Below are positions 1 through 13,551 of a stretch of DNA of 64,000 bases, in pieces; the first letter of the stretch is position 1; the number at the start of each line of letters is the position of its first letter. Origin of the DNA: Octopus sinensis (Eukaryota). Under the pieces are notes generated by a model. The model ran no database searches. It was not told where the DNA came from and saw nothing but the letters and a program-made list of their open reading frames with translations. A program made the translations under genes and the position numbers. Location of the stretch: contig NC_043005.1 in the NCBI RefSeq assembly GCF_006345805.1, positions 4,092,001 through 4,156,000 on the forward strand, read 5' to 3'.

Positions 1-197
1 AAAAAATCAGATTTAGGATTAAATCCAATTTTATAGTAAAATATTATATAATATTAATTAGAGACAAAACCACTATTTTGCAAAACAAACAAGGAAAGAC
101 TTAATCAATACTTTTTATTTTTTACTTTTTATTAAAATTTTATGTATTGATTAAGTCTTTCCTTGTTTGTTTTGCAAAATAGTGGTTTTGTCTCTAA

Positions 198-241
<44 letters not shown>

Positions 242-1981
242 TACATACATACATACATACATACATGTATATATGTATATGTATATGCATGTGTACATGC
301 ATAGATATTCATACATATGCACACACACACATACACACGTATGTATGTGTAAATTTTGGGATTGGAAGAAAATTACAAAAGTGTGTTTAAATACTCAACT
401 GGTATTTTAGTATTTATTTCATCTGACCACAGCATTATGAAAGGCAAGGTCAGTCTCAATGGAATTGAAACTCCAAATGTAACATGATGTACCTAAGTTC
501 TATGTGCACTCAACCAATCCTACTACCACCATCTGCTTCCCACCACCACTCTCTGACAGGAGTGGAGTGGGGGCAAAATTAAAAGACAATAAACTACTTA
601 ATGAGCCAACTCATTGCCTGATTCACCCATTAATAAACCTTACTCATAACCTTTTATAGATCTCTCAGTGAGTACACACCATACCATGCCATGGGCCCCT
701 TAACTCTTCAGTGGAGTTGTAGGGGCACCATCATGATGCATGGTGTATCATGGACAGTTTTAGACTTGGTGGAGTTAGGGTATCTAGACAATTTCTCAAA
801 GGAGAGAAAGAGACAAAGAGGAAGAAAATAGACCTCAGCACAGGACTGGCACTTTACTTACCAACCCTGAAAGGATGAAAGGCAAAGTTGATCTCTGCAG
901 GACTTGAACTCAGCATGCAGAAAGCCAGAATGGTTACTGCAAAGCAGGCCATCCAACATGACTCTGCCAAGTTTTGGCTGTCTTTTAGTATATACTAATG
1001 ACATTCGAATTTCAAAAGCAGTCTTCCTGCAATCAATTGAGTGACAAGAAATAGTAGCCAAATCGCCCTCAAACTACTACCTATATCATCCTACAGAACT
1101 TGCAAAAAAGAAAAGTACATTTAAAAAATTTGTGTAAGAACATCTATGATTGAATAAAAAAAATTGTTGGGATGGGTAATTGAGGTTGTGATCAGGTCAA
1201 CCCACATCAACAAACTAATTTGTTAAAGTGTGAACTGTCAATACTTGCTAACCCACACACAGTTCCATGTCACAAGCTGTGACAGTGGAGCATTGCCCTT
1301 CCTCTTGGTATTGAAGCAGTTCACAGGAATTCAGTGTAAGAAATCCTGTGTAACCAGTTTGGTTTCAATGGCTCCAGTAAGCTCTGCCGATCCCTTCACA
1401 TAACTTTAGTGTCAACCAGTAATTTGTTTTGTGATGGTGGTGATGGTGGTGATAGTGGTGGCTGTGGTGGTGATGGTAGTCTTCACCATTGTTGTCAGAA
1501 TGGCATGTGCACATGTTTGCATGAATTCTTTCATATTGTCACTCTCCAAGAAATACAAGGACATCATGAGAGGTGTCAACTGTTCTAATGAAAGACAAAG
1601 ATACAAGGAACAGAATAAGGGAAACTACTCATTACTCAAAGCTGTAACAGAAATGTAGTTTTCCTGGACCATATTGCCACTTAAAACCCTCACCAGTAAC
1701 CAGTAACACAAACAGACCCATGTGTTGGAGGGTTGTTGCCTAAGTGGTGCAAAATTGTCATCTGCCAGGAGTAGGGAGTCACCAACAAATAGTGGATGCG
1801 ACAAAACACTGCTACACTACATGCTCTCAAACTACTACTACTACTACTACTATACTGTCAAAACAAAAATGTCAAGTAACTGTGGAATAATAAACAGATG
1901 TGTGACAAGTATTGTCAATCCAGTTGTTCATTAGATTCCTCCATTTAATACATTACAGTGGTTACTTTTGTTTCTCTACAT

Positions 1982-2300
1982 CAAAGGCTCTCAAACATTT
2001 TGGGCCACCGCTCCAACTCATGGTCACATAATATCCTCAGCAACCCCACCCCCATTTTTATGTATAAATAAAAATTTTAGATTTTACTAATTTATATAAA
2101 CTGTGAATCATTTGATATTTAATATAATATTATATCATTTGTATACAATACTATAATAATATAAATTCATAAGCGTCCCCCAATCCACTGCCTTTCTCCT
2201 AATGCGTCCTTTTTCTCTACTGTCCCCTTTGACACCAGCACCCACCTGGACCATCTCAATGCCCACTGGAGGGAGGCAGCACCCACTTTGAGAACCTATG
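1982..2300. mobile_element. hAT-type MITE
   Basis: Imperfect TIRs CAAAGGCTCTCAAAC / revcomp CATAGGTTCTCAAAG; 8-bp TSD ctctacat (1974-1981) / ccctacat (2301-2308), 7/8 identical. Confidence 0.7.
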
Positions 2301-4248
2301 CCCTACATCATGAGATCATATTTGAACCATCACTGATTTTGATTGTTGCCTGCTTGATAAAATAAGTGCCTGTACTAATGATACTAAGGTTAAGCTAGGA
2401 AGGAAGTATCTATGTGGTTGACTAACTTGCTAGAAATATACCTCAAAGCATACTAGACTGTATTGTAGAAAAGAAGAAGTTCGATGACATAGTTATCAAT
2501 GTTTGAAATCAAGCTAAGATGATCAAGACCAAAGCACCTTTGTCCATAAGCCTGCTCGATTAGATCTGACCTAGGGTTAAATAGCAAGAAGGTTAAGGCT
2601 GCTCTCAATAAATCAGTATATACATACAAACACACAGGATAAACATACATACATATGTATGAGCATTCCCACTGTGTGATGACATCAGGTAGCCAATGGC
2701 TGTGGATGAGCTTTACATAACATTCTACAAGGTTTTTACCCAAATCAACTTTAACTCTGTATGTATTGGAAGCTGAAACACTTTGGTACAACACTCAGAG
2801 ATTACATTAAAATTTTACCATTCAATTCAGCCAAAAACATCTTTAAAACACAATCAATAAAATCACAAGAAAAGTTTAGAAAAGAAACAGCACAACAACC
2901 AATACCTCACCATCGTCATCCGTTTTCTTCACTGTTTTCAGCCATTCACATTAGTGTAAGTGTCCTTTTGATGTGTCCAATCATGTTTGTTTAGGCATCA
3001 TTAAATATGATAATACCTGATCTCTAATGGATGCAGAGAAATTAGTTTAATCCAGGAAGTTACTAATTTCACCCATTCATTGCTTTTATTTGGCAGACAC
3101 TTTAATGGAAAATAAAGTGAACTAAAATATATCTTTAAATAAACTACATTAATGAAAGCACTTTGTACTCTCGTCAAGCAATCTACCCAACCAGGTATCT
3201 TGTTTCTTTCACAAGAATTTTCTTTAAATTGTTTTGGTGTATAGAACTAAACATAAGGCAGAATTGGTAGAGTATTGAACAAAATATCTTGTGGCATTTG
3301 GTTTCTTCCCTCCACATTGTGAGTTCAAGTCTCGCTCAGTGTTAGAGCCTTAAACAAAATGACTGTGCAACTTAAATATGTTATGGTTTTTTTACATACT
3401 AAGTTCAAATACTGTGCAAGTCAGCATTTCTTTTCATTCTTTTGAGGTTGATCAATGTCTCCTAAAAACATCTTTGATGCGACTGGAATCATAAATGAAA
3501 AATTTTACCTTTGCTTTTTGTGAGGTGGGGTAAACTAACTGAAATCGGCAAAGAATAAAAATAAAAGCACATAAATTAAAATTACAACTATGTCATCTTT
3601 TATCTTTTTGTCTTTTACTTGTTTCAGTCATTGGAATGCAGCCAGCTGGAGCATCACTTTGCAGGGTTTCAGGTAAACAAATCAACACCTGTATTTATGT
3701 TTTAAGCCTGACGTTCATTACAGTGGTGTCTCTTTAACCAAATCACCAACTTAAGAGGACATAAATGCCAGTTGTCAAGTGGTGGACAGGGTACAAACAC
3801 AGATACAATGACACACGTACACACACAAATATGTAGAGGAAATTAAGATAAACACCAGTGTAAAATATTTGGTTCCTACATACAATTTCACCATTGCAGT
3901 TATTTGGAACTCAACATTGGATGTTTCAAGTGTTTTTGGATGCCTGAATGCAGTGGATCATTGGGGAACAATGTGTGTGTGTGTGTATGTGATTTATTTA
4001 TATTATAATATAACATAATATACTATGAATGTAATATAATATAACACCAAAAAATCATTAAAAACCCCAAAAAGCCAACAATGTGTTTCAACTTATATAC
4101 ATTTTATGATATATAGACAATTCACTTCACTTATATAAGTCTCATCAGAACTAAGGTTTAAAGATAGATGAAATTCCATGTGAAAGGACAGCTGGATTGT
4201 AAAAAAAGGAATTCAAATGCCTATGTATTATGAGCGTGAGTGTTAACA

Positions 4249-4326
4249 GTAAAACATCCAATTCACTGGATTATACCCATATTTATGTGGTATTCAACTG
4301 ACGGACCAGTGAATTGGATGTTTTAC
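4249..4326. repeat. Short hairpin with a perfect 21-bp inverted repeat
   Basis: gtaaaacatccaattcactgg (4249-4269) and its exact reverse complement (4306-4326), 36-nt spacer. Confidence 0.85.
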
Positions 4327-4810
4327 ACACTCCTTTGAAGGAATTCCTTTCCTTAGTTTGTTACTTTATATATTTGTGTGTGTGTGTGTGTTTGTGTTTG
4401 TTCCCCACCATCGCTTGTCAACTGGTGTTGGAGTATTTAAATTCCTGTTACATAGGAATTTGGCAAAACAAAATGATAGAATAAGTAGCAGGCTTTAAAA
4501 AGAAGTAAGTACTGAAGTCAATTTGTTTGATTAAATTCTTCAAGGTGGTGCTGCAGCATGGCCACAGTCTAATGACTGAAACAAGAAAAAGAAAAAAAAA
4601 AGAAAACAAAAACCCTAAAAGGAGGAAAAATAAAGTTGACCTTAGTGAGGTTTACAATGGTAAGAGAAATCACATGTGTGTAAGTCACTGCCTCAATAAA
4701 GCAGATTTAGAAAAAAACATTTTTCTATGAAGTTTGTTTATCATTCTTACCAAAAAGAAAATACATTTTTCTAATAAGTGTATATTATCCAATGTGTCTT
4801 TTCTTTCTTT

Positions 4811-5022
4811 GACTTTTAACATTTAAAATGGCCAAATCTGGCCCATATAGTCTACTTGCTTTATGTTCAATCTAGCTTCTCTCACCCATCCTACATTGTC
4901 AGTCTAAAAATAAACAATTGCATCGTCAAAATCTCTAAGCTACAAGATAGTGCATGATTGATTCAAGACAATCTGAATAAATAAGCATTACATTTGATGG
5001 CAAACTGAATGCTAGAGGATTA
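4811..5022. mobile_element. Degenerate copy of the ~220-bp piggyBac-like MITE
   Basis: Internal similarity to 41399-41618 (gcatgatt...gaataaataagcatt...tttga); termini decayed. Confidence 0.45.
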
Positions 5023-5712
5023 TAGCAGTAGTATGCAATTTGAGCGATGTCTGGCTTCTCTTTTTAGCAAGTCAGTTGACCACGTAGAGGCTCCCTTATT
5101 GCGTCTCCTGTCTTTTTGTGTATGTCTGTAGGAGATTGATTTTCTTTTCCTCTGGTCAGAAAGAATTGAATTAAGAGGAACGAAAAAATATTACAACCAT
5201 CACAAAATGATCACTTAGATCTCAATAAAACGTAGAACATTTCAAATATTCAATAACTGCTGAGATATGAGTTACAATGTTATTGATTTTGAGTGGCTAT
5301 TATATGCTACAATCACTGTTCGAGAACATTATAGAACATTCTGATATTTTACAAGTTATTGCTTGTATTAGTACCAATTACCATTTCAGTTGATGTTGCT
5401 GTTCTTTTTGTTGTTGTTCTTTCTCTTGCTATTGTTGCTGCTGTTGTTGTTGTTTAGTTCTGGGTCAACTCCAGTATATTTGGTTGCTATTTGTAGCAGA
5501 TCGAGATTGCACTGTAGGTTTGCATTAGTGTTAGAGTTAATACTGATTTTGTACTTGGGCACAAGGTAAACAATTGGCAACAGAATGATACTGTGTGGTT
5601 TTCATGACCTTACCAAAGATATTTTTGACAAATGTCAAGTGAGACTGAACTAGTAATCGAACCCCAGTAACTTGCCTCGTACTCTATAATACCACCCTCT
5701 TCATTTTCTTTA

Positions 5713-7597
5713 TTGTTCTACTACGACAACTTGAGGATGAGATTTACAGCAGGAAAGTTCACAACGGAGTGGCAATGGCTTGAAATAGATATTGCAGCCA
5801 GATGCACGATATCAGTCACCTTATTCATGCTAGTCATAGAAATGTTACTTAGATCTACAAACTGTGAGAAAGCTGTTACAAAGACACCATTAAGGGCTTT
5901 TATGGACGACGTTACTGTAATATCGGAAAGTAGAGAAGCAGCAGAGGGAATGTTAGAGCGGTTGGACGAACTGATAGGATGGACAAGGATGAAATTCAAA
6001 GCCAAAAAATCTCGAAGCGTGGCTTTCGTGAAAGGAGTGCAAGAAGTGAAATTCAGGATAGGAGTAGAAGACATACCAACGGTGAAAGAACAACCAGTAA
6101 AGAGTCTCGGCAGATGGTATAGAGATTTATTAAATGATAAGAAGCAAGGGAAAGAAACACACGAGTTAGTAGAACAAGGATTAAAGGCAATTGACAGAAC
6201 AATGCTGCCAGGAAAATTCAAATGTTGGATACTGCAATTTGGGCTGTACCCAAGAATAATGTGGCCATTGCAAATGCACGAAATAACCTCGAGTAGAGTA
6301 GAAAAAATGGAACAAAGATGCAGTGTGTTTATCAGAAAATGGCTTGGTCTGCCGAAACCACTGAATACAACTGCACTATATGGAAAACCCGTGCTGCAAC
6401 TACCAATAACATCAATCGCCGAAGAATATAAGGCAGGAAAGGCAAGGACAGTAATGATGCTAAGGTATTCAAAAGATCAGAGCATCCGGGAAAACCCTCC
6501 AAAGGTACGAACAGGGAGGAAATGGAAGGTGGAAGAGGCAGTAAACAGGGCGATGGGAAAACCAAAGCATGCAGATATAGTCGGAGCAATGCAAGAAGCA
6601 AGAGCCGGCCTAGGGTCGCACAATTTCAGGCCATTTTGCAAGAGCAGTATAAAAGAGATGAAAGAGGCAGTGGTATACGAAGTGAGAAAGGAGGGAGAAG
6701 AAAGGCGAAATGTACATTTGGTGCAATGTAGTCAAAAGGGACAGTGCCTGAGATGGGAAGAATATGTGATCAGCTGCAGAATATCATAGAAGGAATTATG
6801 GGCTTGGGAACAAGAAAGAACATCCTTCCTGATCAAGTCTACCTTCGACGTTCTACCCTCACCGGCGAACTTAGTCCAGTGAAACATAAAAACAACTGAT
6901 GAGTGTAGATGCAGAGAAAAAGCGACAGTTAGACATGTTCTGTCAAGTTGCAGACTAGAACTTGAAAGATATACATGGCGGCATAATCAAGTCCTTGGAG
7001 TCATAAGCGCAGCACTCAAGGAGAAGATCGAGAGGTACAATAGGGGAGAGTACCCAAAAGTGGAAAAGCGCAGGAAAGTATACTTCCACAAGGAGGGAAA
7101 AGGATATAAAACCGGGCCTACAAGTAAAGTATACGAGATAGACAAAAGATGGAAGGGATACTGGGAGGTGGCCACGGACTTGGAAAGACAAGTAGTATTT
7201 CCACTAATAAAAACAACAAAAAGACCAGATTTAGTCCTATGGGACAGAGAATGGAGAATAGGAATTTTGCTAGAACTGACAGTGCCATGGGAAGAAAACA
7301 TTGACAATGCAGATAAACAAAAGGAGAAGAGGTACGAAAAACTAATCGAAGAGTGCAGAGAACAGGGATGGAATGTCGAGTATTATCACCTGGCAGTGGG
7401 GGCTAGGGGATACATTGAAAGAAAAATGACCGCTATTCAAAATAAGATTTGTTTTTTCTTGCTCAGAGCTGAGAAAACTAATAAGGAGAGTACATAAAGG
7501 CAGTCGAAAAGGCCAGCTTCTATATATGGCTGAAGCAGGAAGACCAAAAATGGCTTGAAAGTCATAACATGCCGGTGGAAAATAACATCACTAAGTG
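5713..7597 (+). pseudogene. 5'-truncated non-LTR retrotransposon ORF (RT + CCHC + restriction-like endonuclease), Hero/NeSL/R2-superfamily-like
   Basis: ORFs 5713-6789 and 7060-7497 share a frame, separated by in-frame stops near 6787 and 6880. Motifs: RT FMDDVTV, KAKKSRS; zinc knuckle ECRC..RHVLSSC; RYTWRHNQVL; RLE RPDLVLWD..LLELTVPWE. Frameshift near 7430, then KASFYIWLK. Probable 3' UTR to ~8050. Confidence 0.88.
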
Positions 7598-9837
7598 AGA
7601 CAAGCTGATACTGAATTAGCTTCGCTGACTGACAGGTGACGGTCATTTAGAGAATGAGTAGGTTAAGACTACACGCCTTCATTGGTCAGTTAAAGTTGAG
7701 ACAGTGTCATGTGACAACTTGCTGGGGCTGCCTGCTGGAGCCTAGCAGCAGGTATTTAAAGGAAAAAAATTTGACAAGACAGTCAGTCACCCGCTGACAC
7801 TCATTGACGCTACATCGAAGAGGCCAGGGAACAGAAGAAAGAAGACATGCACCCAACACCAGAGCTGAAGACACCTCCGAAAGGATGGGGGTTGCCACAT
7901 CAAAATGGTAGAGGAGTAGGGGCCGAAACCGGACGTAGTTCCTCCTGATGATGTCTTGAGCTAACTGGATCCTATAAAGGAGCTGTTGTGGTAGCAGACC
8001 ACAAAACACGGTTGAAATTCCTACACTGTGCAACCCATCAGTCTATCTTTGTCCACCTCCAATACCATATCATTTTTTTTTTTGTTCTTTCTATTTCTAT
8101 GAGAAGTGGTAGCTGATCCTTGTGCAAACCTTTCACTATTTCTGGTGAAAAGAACACTATGTGTGGATCTTTACAGCCAGCAATATTTAAAGGAGAGGGG
8201 GGAAAAACCAACTTCCGTACCTGTCTAGAGCTTTATTTATTGAGCCCAGAATCCAAAGTTGATTTCAGCAGGATTTAAACTCAACAAACTGAAACAAATA
8301 TGACAAAGGATTCCATTTGATCTGTTAATGCAGTATTACCCAAGTGATGGTCCCTGGAACTCCTAGGGTCTACAAGAGGTCAAAATGTTCCAAGAAACAT
8401 ATCAACGGATAGGTTAATGGTATGCATATGCAATTTTTAGTCCTCCTTTGAAATTTTTATACCTTTAAATTGTATTCTACATGCATAGCATATTCAAAAT
8501 ACGGGCATTTTTGATACTAAGGAGACCCTGTAGGTAAAATAGCCTCTTGATACAGAATTGTAAGGGAGCTAGGTCTAAATAAGATAAAATGAAATTTCCC
8601 CAACCCTTGTTGGGGCATCTAATGGATTTAACATGGCCAAAACTTAATTTTTTATGGAATTTAATTTTTATCAAAGAGAAAGAAAAGGGGTTTGCAAAGA
8701 CATATATATAATTATATATAAGTGATCCCTGAGAGACAGAATGTATTTCAAGGTTTTCCCCAAGAGAAAAAAAAGAAGGTTGAGAAATGCTTGTCTTACC
8801 ACACCAACGACTCTACTAATTCCTTGCATTAGATACAAAGCTTCAAATCTGTAATTGATTGAACTTTTAGCTTGATACATATTGAAGACAAGTTATGCAG
8901 GGAGACATAAAATAGTCCTTTCTAGTATAGGCACAAGGCCTGAATTTTTTTTGTGGGGGGGGGTTAATTAAATGAACCCGCACCCAATCCTTGACTGGTA
9001 TTTATTTTATTGACTCCAATAAAATAAATACCAGTCAAGCTGATAGAATCATTAACACACTGGGAAAAGTACTTAACAGTCTTCGTCCGTCTTCACATTC
9101 AAATTCTGCTGAGGTTGACCTTTCCTTTTATCCTTCTGGGACCGATGTAATTAATTTAACCTCTACTTGAAATTGCTGTCCTTATGTCAAAATTTGAAAC
9201 CAACATTTCCAAAAATCCATCGGTTTTCTATAGCTTTGGTCCCGAACGCAATTCCATTGCTTCTTTAATTATGTGATGGAACAGTTTGTAGAAATGTAAC
9301 AAAATTTTTTGACATTTCACAGTAGACAGGGCTATCTGGGTAAGAATTTTGTCTGACGCTTTGATGGTTCCCTCTTAGATTCACTGGTGCATTCTTGATG
9401 AGTCTTTTCTTATCAAAGAAGAAAAACATTAAAAATGAGGTTACGATGACATTCACATTTCACGTGTAAAAGTGAATTGCATTACAACCTGATATGTAAT
9501 CTGACAAGCAGTTCCATCAGTGAGTCTTCCTACTTCATAAAATTCATATACTTATACATATATACTCACACATACACACATACTATTCTGAAGTTAATTG
9601 ACAAACTCTAGATAATGAGATTCACGAAATCGTAACCTCCTTACAATGACTGACACCCAGCTCATCTGGTAAACAGCTTCTCCAACCAAGAGTTAAACAT
9701 GAAGCTAGAAGATGTCATGGATGAGTTTCATTAAGAATATTTTCTTTTTCTATTCTTTTTTCATTGTTTTATTTTTTATCATTACGATACAAAGAAGTGT
9801 TATTCCTTGGTGGGAAGATATGAGTAAGAATGGAAGG

Positions 9838-9889
<52 letters not shown>

Positions 9890-10056
9890 AGGGAAAGAAA
9901 GAGGGGAGAGGTAAACAAATATGAAAGATAAAGACAAAATAGAACAAAATATATTCAAATATATGAATTTATGCATGCTCTACACACACAGATATATACA
10001 CATACATACATATGTATATATACACATACATACATACATATATATATATAAAATTA

Positions 10057-10218
10057 GGCGTAGGAGTTGTTGTGTGGTAAGTAGCTTGCTTACCAGCCAC
10101 ATGGTTCCGGGTTCAGTCCCACTGCGTAGCACCTTGGGCAAGTGTCAAATATAGCCTCAGGCCAACCAATGCCTTATGAGTGGATTTGGTAGATGGAAAC
10201 TGAAAGAAGCCCGTCATA

Positions 10219-10267
<49 letters not shown>

Positions 10268-11145
10268 CTAGAGACCGAGACCTCTGGAAGTGTGCTGTGC
10301 GCGAGAAGACCCGGCAGGACAAGTGAGTCCATAACCCGTGGCCTTCTACATGGGATGGAGCCAGCCTACGTATGCATACCTTCCCTTCTTGGGACACAAA
10401 ACTCTACTTGTGAAGACGTGTTGAGGCAAGTGAGGATCAGAATCGAAATCGATCAATGGAAATTGCGGATGTGCTACCAGTGCCGGTGGCATGTCGAAAC
10501 TCTGCTTGTGAAGACCCGTTGAGGCAAGTGAGGATCAGAATCGAAATCGATCAATGGAAATCGATCAATGGAAATTGCAGATGTGTTACCAGTGCCGGTG
10601 GCATGTAAGAGAACTTTCCGTTTCGCGACCGTTGCCAGCACCGCCCCGTTTCATGTCCGTTGCCAGCCTCGCCTGGCCCTCGTGCCGGTGGCACATAAAA
10701 AGCACCATCCGTTCGTGGCCGTTTGCCAGCTCTGTCTGGCACCAGTGCGGGTGGCACGTAAAAAGCACCCACTACACTCACGAAGTGGTTGGCGTTAGGA
10801 AGGGCATCCAGCCGTAGAAACACTGCCAGATTTGACTGGTCCTGATGAAGCCTTCTGGCTTCACAGACCCCAGTAGAACCGTCCAACCCATGCTAGCATG
10901 GAAAACGGACGCTAAACGATGATGATGATGATGATGATATATATATATATGTGTATGTGTCTGAGTTTGTACCCCCCAACATCGCTTGACAACTGGTGCT
11001 GGTGTGTTTCCATCCCCGTAACTTAGCGGTTCGGTAAAAGAGACCGATAGAATAAGTACTAGGCTTCCAAAGAATAAGTCCTGGGGTCGATTTGCTCGAC
11101 TAAAGGCATGGCCACAGTCAAATGACTGAAACGAGTAAAAGAGTA
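10057..11145 (+). mobile_element. tRNA-derived SINE (family A), split by an RTE 3' fragment inserted in its internal (TA)n
   Basis: Head with B-box-like ggttcagtcc at ~10057-10220; body and tail resume at ~10960-11145. Same family intact at 32398-32780 and 44420-44775. Confidence 0.85.
10264..10938 (+). mobile_element. 5'-truncated RTE LINE 3' end with (GAT)n tail
   Basis: Near-identical reverse complement of 11210-11772; contains an internal ~100-bp tandem duplication (~10400-10600). Confidence 0.9.
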
Positions 11146-11188
<43 letters not shown>

Positions 11189-11209
11189 TTCATACATATA
11201 TGTATATAT

Positions 11210-12969
11210 ATCATCATCATCATCATCATCGTTTAGCGTCCGTTTTCCATGCTAGCATGGGTTGGACGGTTCTACTGGGGTCTGTGAAGCCAGAAGGCTT
11301 CATCAGGCCCAGTCAAATCTGGCAGTGTTTCTACGGCTGGATGCCCTTCCTAACGCCAACCACTCCGTGAGTGTAGTGGGTGCTTTTTACGTGCCACCCG
11401 CACTGGTGCCAGACAGAGCTGGCAAACGGCCATGAACAGATGGTGCTTTTTATGTGCCACCGGCACGAGGGCCAGGCGAGGCTGGCAACGGACACGAAAC
11501 GGGGCGGTGCTGGCAACGGTCGCGAAACGGAAAGTTCTCTTACATGCCACCGGCACTGGTAACACATCTGCAATTTCCATTGATCGATTTCGATTCTGAT
11601 CCTCACTTGCCTCAACGGGTCTTCACAAGTAGAGTTTTGTGTCCCAAGAAGGGAAGGTATGCATACGTAGGCTGGCTCCATCCCATGTAGAAGGCCACGG
11701 GTTATGGACTCACTTGTCCTGCCGGGTCTTCTCGCGCACAGCACACTTCCAGAGGTCTCGGTCTCTAGTCATTTCCTCAGTGAGACCTAAAGTTCGAAGG
11801 TCGTGCTTCACCACCTCGTCCCAGGTTTTCCTGGGTCTGCCTCTTCCACAGGTTCCCTCAACCGCTAGGGTGTGGCACTTTTTCACACAACTATCTTCAT
11901 CCATTCTCGCCACATGACCATACCAGCGCAAACATCTCTCTTGCACACCACAACTGATGCTTCTTAGGTCCAGCTTTTCTCTCAGCTTTTCGAGTGTGAG
12001 TACCGGCATTACACATCCATCGGAGCATACTGGCTTCATTTCTTGCGAGCTTACGCATATCCTCAGCAGTCACGGCCCATGTTTCACTGCCATGTAGCAT
12101 GGCTGTTCGTACACACGCATCATACAGTCTGCCTTTCACTCTGTGCGAGAGGCCTTTTGTCACCAGCAGAGGTAAGAGCTCTCTGAACTTTGCCCAAGCT
12201 ATTCTTACTCTAGCAGTTACACTTTCAGCACACCCGCCCCCGCTGCTGACTTGGTCACCTAGGTAACGGAAACTATCAACTATTTCTAGTTTTTCTCCCT
12301 GGAAAGTGACGGAAGTTGGTCTCAGAGCATTTTCAGTGTTTATTGTTCCTGAGCATCTGCCACATACAAAAACCATCTTCCTAGTTAGCCTTCCTTTGAC
12401 ATTGCTGAATCTCTTATGTGTCCATAGCTTACACTTGGTGCATCTTATAGAGTTTCTACCTACACCTTTTCTACAGATCGAGCAGGGCCATCTACCTGAA
12501 GGTGTTTGTGATTTGTCTACCTTCCTACTGATTACGACTTTGGTTTTAGCTAGATTGACTCTGAGGCCCTTCGATTCTAATCCTTGTTTCCACACCTGAA
12601 ACTTCTCCTCCAGTTCTGATAGCGACTCAGCAATTAGAGCAAGGTCGTCAGCATAGAGGAGCTCCCAAGGGCATCCTGTCTTGAATTCCTCCGTTATTGC
12701 CTGGAGGACTATGATAAATAGGAGGGGGCTGAGTACTGAGCCTTGGTGGACCCCTACCTCTACCCGGAATTCTTCACTGTACTCATTTCCAACCCTCACC
12801 CTACTAGCAGCGTCCCTATACATGGCCCGCACAGCTCTCACTAACCATTCATCTATCCCTAGTTTCCTCATTGCCCACCAGATAAGGGATCGGGGGACCC
12901 TGTCGAAGGCTTTCTCCATGTCAACAAAAGCCAGGTACAGGGGCTTATCTTTGGCTAGGTATTTCTCCT
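11210..12969 (-). mobile_element. RTE-clade LINE: RT domain, 3' UTR and (GAT)n tail
   Basis: ORF 11897-12919: DMEKAFDRVPR, GVHQGSVLSPLLF, LLYADDLAL; continues after a frameshift as ERCLRWYGHVARM..GRGRPRKTW; tail at 11210-11230. Confidence 0.93.
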
Positions 12970-13551
12970 AATTGAGGTAATCAGAGTATGTGACAGAATA
13001 CTTAAGATTAGATTAGTGCTTCATCATAGTTTAGCAACCATTATATCAGCCTATGCTCCTCAGTCGGGGCTACCCGATGGACAGAAAGACCGATTCTATG
13101 ACACTCTACTTCAGACTACCTCGTTGACGAACGACAGAGACCTTATCTTTGTGGCTGGTGACTTCAATGGTCACGTTGGACGACATGCTGGGGGCTTCCA
13201 TGGCGTACATGGAGGCTATGGCTATGGCTCCCGCAACGAGGAGGGAACCAGGCTGCTGGAGTTCTGCGATGCAAATAATCTTATGATTTGCAACACTAAC
13301 TTCAGGAAACCTACCAGCCACCTAGTCACTTACCGATCGGGCCAACATACCAGCCAAATTGACTACATCCTTGCAAGGCAAAGGGAGAGATGGCTGCTTA
13401 TAAATGCCAAAACCTTCCCAGGTGAAGAATGTACCCCACAACATAGACTGGTAGTTAGTGACTTTAGGATCAGGACTAGGAGGACAACCAGAAGACGACA
13501 AATATGGAGAAAAAGGATCTGGAAGCTTAAAGATCCTGCAAATGGACAGAG

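Noticed and set aside
7905-7960. GAAA..GUA..CUGAUGA in the Hero-like 3' UTR
   Set aside because: Stems I and II cannot be formed in hammerhead topology; the nearby CUGAAGA..GAAA (7865-7885) is better explained as a GAAA-tetraloop hairpin.
9270-9735. Possible host exons (e.g. HLVNSFSNQELNMKLEDVMDEFH*)
   Set aside because: Short open frames, weak splice signals, no recognisable homology; needs RNA-seq.
10838-10870. CTGATGA followed by a hairpin in the RTE 3' UTR
   Set aside because: No downstream GAAA or cleavage triplet.
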